DNA of 56,383 nucleotides, filler included, from Basidiobolus ranarum (Eukaryota): NCBI GenBank assembly GCA_040143965.1. It is 4 parts of 4 records of this genome, joined end to end, with 100 filler letters (N's around TTAATTAATTAA, not from the genome) between each part and the next. Parts side by side here need not be neighbours in the genome. Positions count along the whole stretch, not along the records: positions 42,388 to 56,383 come from JASJQH010000447.1; 3 more parts are not named here. One strand, 5' to 3'. Shown piece by piece: positions 50,982 to 56,383 of this stretch (position 1 is its first letter; each line of letters starts with the position of its first letter). The notes under the pieces were generated by a model. It saw only the letters and a program-made list of their open reading frames with translations, ran no database searches and was not told where the DNA came from. The position numbers and the translations under genes were made by a program.

Positions 50982-52487
50982 TTCCCGCAAGTAAAAGGGT
51001 TTTCCTGGGTGAAGATTGTACAGCGATGGGGAATGCGAGTGAAAGATACACACTTGAGTGAAGGACAAGAAGATCGGTAAGATACTAATATCTGTGCGAT
51101 GAATACTTCTCTCGATAATGTCAAGATGCTTTTAAACAGTGCTCAAGCCATCTATTTTCATTTACTTTTTCTCCCTAAATCATGAAACCTGTGCTCCAAG
51201 TGTCGCATGCGTCACCTGTTTATGGTAAACTACGGTCAAAGCTCATATCATCCAACGCTTCCTCTTTGGTCTGAAATATGAAGTTAATCGGAAAGTGCGG
51301 ATGGGCTCCAATAGGCAATATTGGATCCATTCTATGCAATGGACGTTGTGTGTGTTGAACTAAACCAAAGAGTCCATCCAATCAACTTTGCAAAAGCTAC
51401 TCAACCTTACATTGCTTCTCCTCTCTCAAGCGCTCTTACGCAGCTTCCTTTATTTTGAAAATCTTACAGCGCCTGATAGCAGATGCTTGGTCAATGGTTG
51501 AAGATGGCAAGATGGCGCTAGGCGCGCTTAGGAACTTACTTGCTAGCTTTTGAGTCCACTTGTGGATGGGAGGTCTGATCTTGACACTCTGGGGATCGGT
51601 TGGCTTGAGTTTGATTGCATTGTTATCTAAACACTGACCACTCTGCCGTCAAGGCGTGGCCCAGGGAAGTGAATCGTCGGTAACAGTGAGAAGTGCACGT
51701 GCCACTCGAAGTTCATACTATAGCGGATAAGCATCCAAATAGCTACTCCGCAAGAGCCCTAATCCGCACGAATGAGGGAGGAATAAACATAATTCGTTTA
51801 AGATTCATTGTTGTATCCACTAACACGGTATCCAATGTCTCTGGCCCCGAGCCTCCAATGAAATTCAGGAGTGGGATAGATGCTATTTCCAATCAGATTG
51901 ACTAACAATCATGTCTCCTTAAAACGATCTTGGATCTTTCCAGCCAAGATTCAAACTCCCCATATCCATCATTGATCCCACCCCGTCCCATCGCCACGTA
52001 CACACAGCTCATGTAGGTTATCGGCGATGTCGCACCCATTTTGAGCACGAAACCTGATTGCGACCGATGAGCGTAAGTTTGGTCTTTCATAGTCTGCAGT
52101 ATTAACTATACTACCATTATTTTGGAATGACTTTCTATTGGTTTGGTTAGCTCTGCTACATTGGTGTATTACTTAGAGTTCATTGTCTACTAGTAACCAA
52201 CATTGGAAACTAACTCTAGCCTCTTGTACAGGCATCTTTATATGTAGCCTACATCACTGCTCAGGCAATACAAATAATCGCTTCATTTATACAGACATGT
52301 AGGTGTTTGGTCGTTGATGCTGGTTGGCAGCCAAAAGGCTGTTAAATGAATGGTATCAGGGTGGCTAGCTTCCACCGCCTTCACCCCACCAGTCAGCTCC
52401 ATTCGTAATCTTGATGGTGAATCACCAGGCTTGTGCACCAAAACGTATGGTGGTCCATTCCCCATATTTCGTTAGACCATGGGACCA

Positions 52488-52563
52488 TCTTTGCATACGC
52501 TACCTTAAAGTTTAACATCATTAATTCTTTGCATACGCTACCTTAAAGTTTAACATCATTAAT
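52488..52563. repeat. 38-bp tandem duplication
   Basis: TCTTTGCATACGCTACCTTAAAGTTTAACATCATTAAT at 52488 and 52526. Confidence 0.9.
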
Positions 52564-53032
52564 CTTCTTGATGCATGCATCTCTAATATCCAAATGCCTC
52601 AATGATTCAGCGCTATCTTTTCCAAGTCGAGAAACAGTAGCTATATCACCGAAGCTCTTACCCAGTTTATAGAGGTCAGCTATATCACCAATTGGCCGCA
52701 TAAATAGAAGCCAATGGATCTGTATCATCAGTTGCAATACCGTAAATAACACCAAGAGTAGTCGATAGCATTGGATCTACTACTGGAACGAATGCCATAA
52801 TAATTTCAATTGAAGACATAATAATACTTGGCATGCATTCGCAGTTGCTTTCTGTTTTTGCTCTACAATTTTATTTCCTACATCTATAATTTGTTTCATG
52901 CCATTTACTGCATCAGATATTGCGTTAACATTGTACATCGTACATTGTAGCCCCTATCATATCTCCATGATCCTAGCTCATTGAATTGTTGGTCGCATCA
53001 GTCAACATAGCACTCATCTTACTAGTACTATC

Positions 53033-53352
53033 TGTTGAAATTAGCATAGCCTAAACATCTATATAATCATATATAGCTTAGTATTTGTTATTCCATATTG
53101 AACTAAGATATCACGTCAAGAGGAATTTACTTAGAAGTTTGAAGCTATATAGATTTTGAGAACTGTCCTAGAAGCCCCAAACTTTGCATACATGTTGCTG
53201 GGACCTTTCTTAACGCAGTCTACATGCTTGTCTGTTTACCTCTTGACAATACTATAGATGTCAGCTTTCTACTCAATAAATCAATAAGTGAAGATCATCA
53301 ATTCTTCTAGCTCTCCAAACCACTTCCAACATACTTCCAAAATACTTCAACA
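53033..53352 (+). mobile_element. Solo LTR (family A) with 5-bp TSD CTATC
   Basis: CTATC|TGTTGAAA...TTCAACA|CTATC. Confidence 0.9.
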
Positions 53353-53449
53353 CTATCTACAGCACCATTCATTTCATCGGATGGATTTCTAAATAGGTTA
53401 GGTACATCTATTATAGAGAATGGAGTATATTAGATTTGGTTCTTACCTT

Positions 53450-53778
53450 TGTTGAAATTAGCATTGCCTAAACACTTATATAGTCATATATAGCTTAGTA
53501 TATAGTTACCCTATATTTCACTAAGATATTACCCATTATTCTCAATCGGAATTTACTTGGAAGTTCTCAGATATATAAATTTTGCAAACTTGTGGTAGAA
53601 GCCCCAAACTTTGCACACATGTTCCTGGAACCTTCCTTAACACATTCTACACGTTGTTTTGCTTACATCTTGACAAAACTAGAAAAGCCAACTTTCAACG
53701 CAATAAATCAATAAGTGAAAACCACCAATTTCTCTAATTCTCCAAACCACTTCCAACAGGCTCCCAAATACTTTAACA
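53450..53778 (+). mobile_element. Solo LTR (family A) with 5-bp TSD ACCTT
   Basis: ACCTT|TGTTGAAA...TTTAACA|ACCTT; homologous to the 53033 and 13316 copies. Confidence 0.9.
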
Positions 53779-54570
53779 ACCTTCATCAGAGATATCTAAG
53801 AGAAATTAAATGTATCTTATTCATAGCACATTCACTACTCACAGTCATATTGAATGCTTTAGAGATCATCTTTAGATCCTGCTTTAGCTGCTTATGCTAA
53901 TGATTTAGTTTGTATACCTTGAAGAAAGCCACTCCCCATTGGTGGTAAATGGTGCTGCTTCTAATGACAAATTAGACAATTCTAACTACCAAATATTAAT
54001 GAAGAAATGTCCAGAAATCGGCCACTCTGGTTGTAATGGACAATATTTAAGAGTCTTAGAGGTCTACATGGCTAAACTATGAAGGTAAGCCGCTAGGGAC
54101 AAAAGTAGGCATACATGTGCACCACAAGTATCTCAGCTACGTGGCTTCCTCATTCCAAGTTAGGTTTATAAGGAGTAGATACTTGAAACTCTCTTATGAA
54201 AAATCGACTCAACATCCGATTAAACCAACACTAGTGAAAACATGATATTATTATATTATATCAGCTGCAGATGAGGTAGGATATTGTTCAGCCAACTGGC
54301 ATTACCCCTGATACGTTGAATGTGAGCAGATCAGAATAAGAACATGGGGAGGCAAAAAATAAGATTAACAGTTGATTGTCATTTGTTGGGATTGACCAGT
54401 GTTTAATTGCTACATCTGAATGGAAAGCTCACTTGATTTATATATAACTTGTATATACAGAATGTCCACATATTGGATTACTAGTGATTTAGAGGAACTA
54501 AGAAATCTTTCTTTCTGTAGACAATCTTTGAAGCACAAAATGATAACGAGAAAGTCATTTCCAATGAAAC

Positions 54571-56025
<1,455 letters not shown>

Positions 56026-56383
56026 GGTTTCTATCACTCGAAATTGTTTATATGCTTTGTAGGAATTGTTTGAATACTAAGTGAGGCAAGACCAAGTGGA
56101 AGTTGGTAACCTCTTAGTATATTGATCAAATATACTTGACGTCAGTGGAGCTTGAAATTAGTTCCTAGTTTATGACTGCGAGTTTAAATATTCCCCCAAA
56201 GTTGGCATTAATAATTCGAATCCCATATAGAGCTCGCTACTATATATAGGTGCCATTGATCTTAGTAAACACCATCCTTGTGCATTGGTATACCCACACC
56301 TGTGAAGTTTCAACTGAGGTTGGGTTATTGCTGATTGAAAACTACTACCAATACCCCACTTTCACGACTTCAACGAAGTCGGG

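Overview
Eukaryotic, AT-rich DNA with short GT-AG introns, most consistent with an early-diverging fungus (Zoopagomycota/Mucoromycota-like; the taxon is my inference). The window is four contigs of about 14 kb (14054, 14024, 14009, 13996 bp) joined by 100-nt N-TTAATTAATTAA-N linkers, so adjacency across the gaps is probably not biological. Contig 1: ribosomal protein cluster (RPS3 3' end, RPL32, RPL13, RPS16), a PILS/ECM3-type transporter, a hypothetical gene, a two-TM protein with an ENaC-like motif, an alpha-arrestin and LTR remnants. Contig 2: mtHsp70 (partial), V-ATPase D, NTA1 amidase, GSK3, a Copia gag remnant and an odd tRNA-like gene. Contig 3: SDH1 (partial), an Lsi2/ArsB-like transporter, NBP35, cytochrome c, a secreted tyrosinase, G-alpha, a promethin-like protein and a head-to-head pair of NDUFA4/B12D-like microproteins. 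Contig 4: the main find, a 2.65-kb TA-flanked element with terminal inverted repeats (TIRs) at 46251-48903. It carries a decayed, intron-containing Fanzor1 (TnpB-derived RNA-guided nuclease) gene that the ORF track does not show as one gene. A separate orphan copy of its 3' (putative omegaRNA) end lies nearby, along with a C2H2 transcription factor, two solo LTRs with target-site duplications (TSDs) and CSN5.
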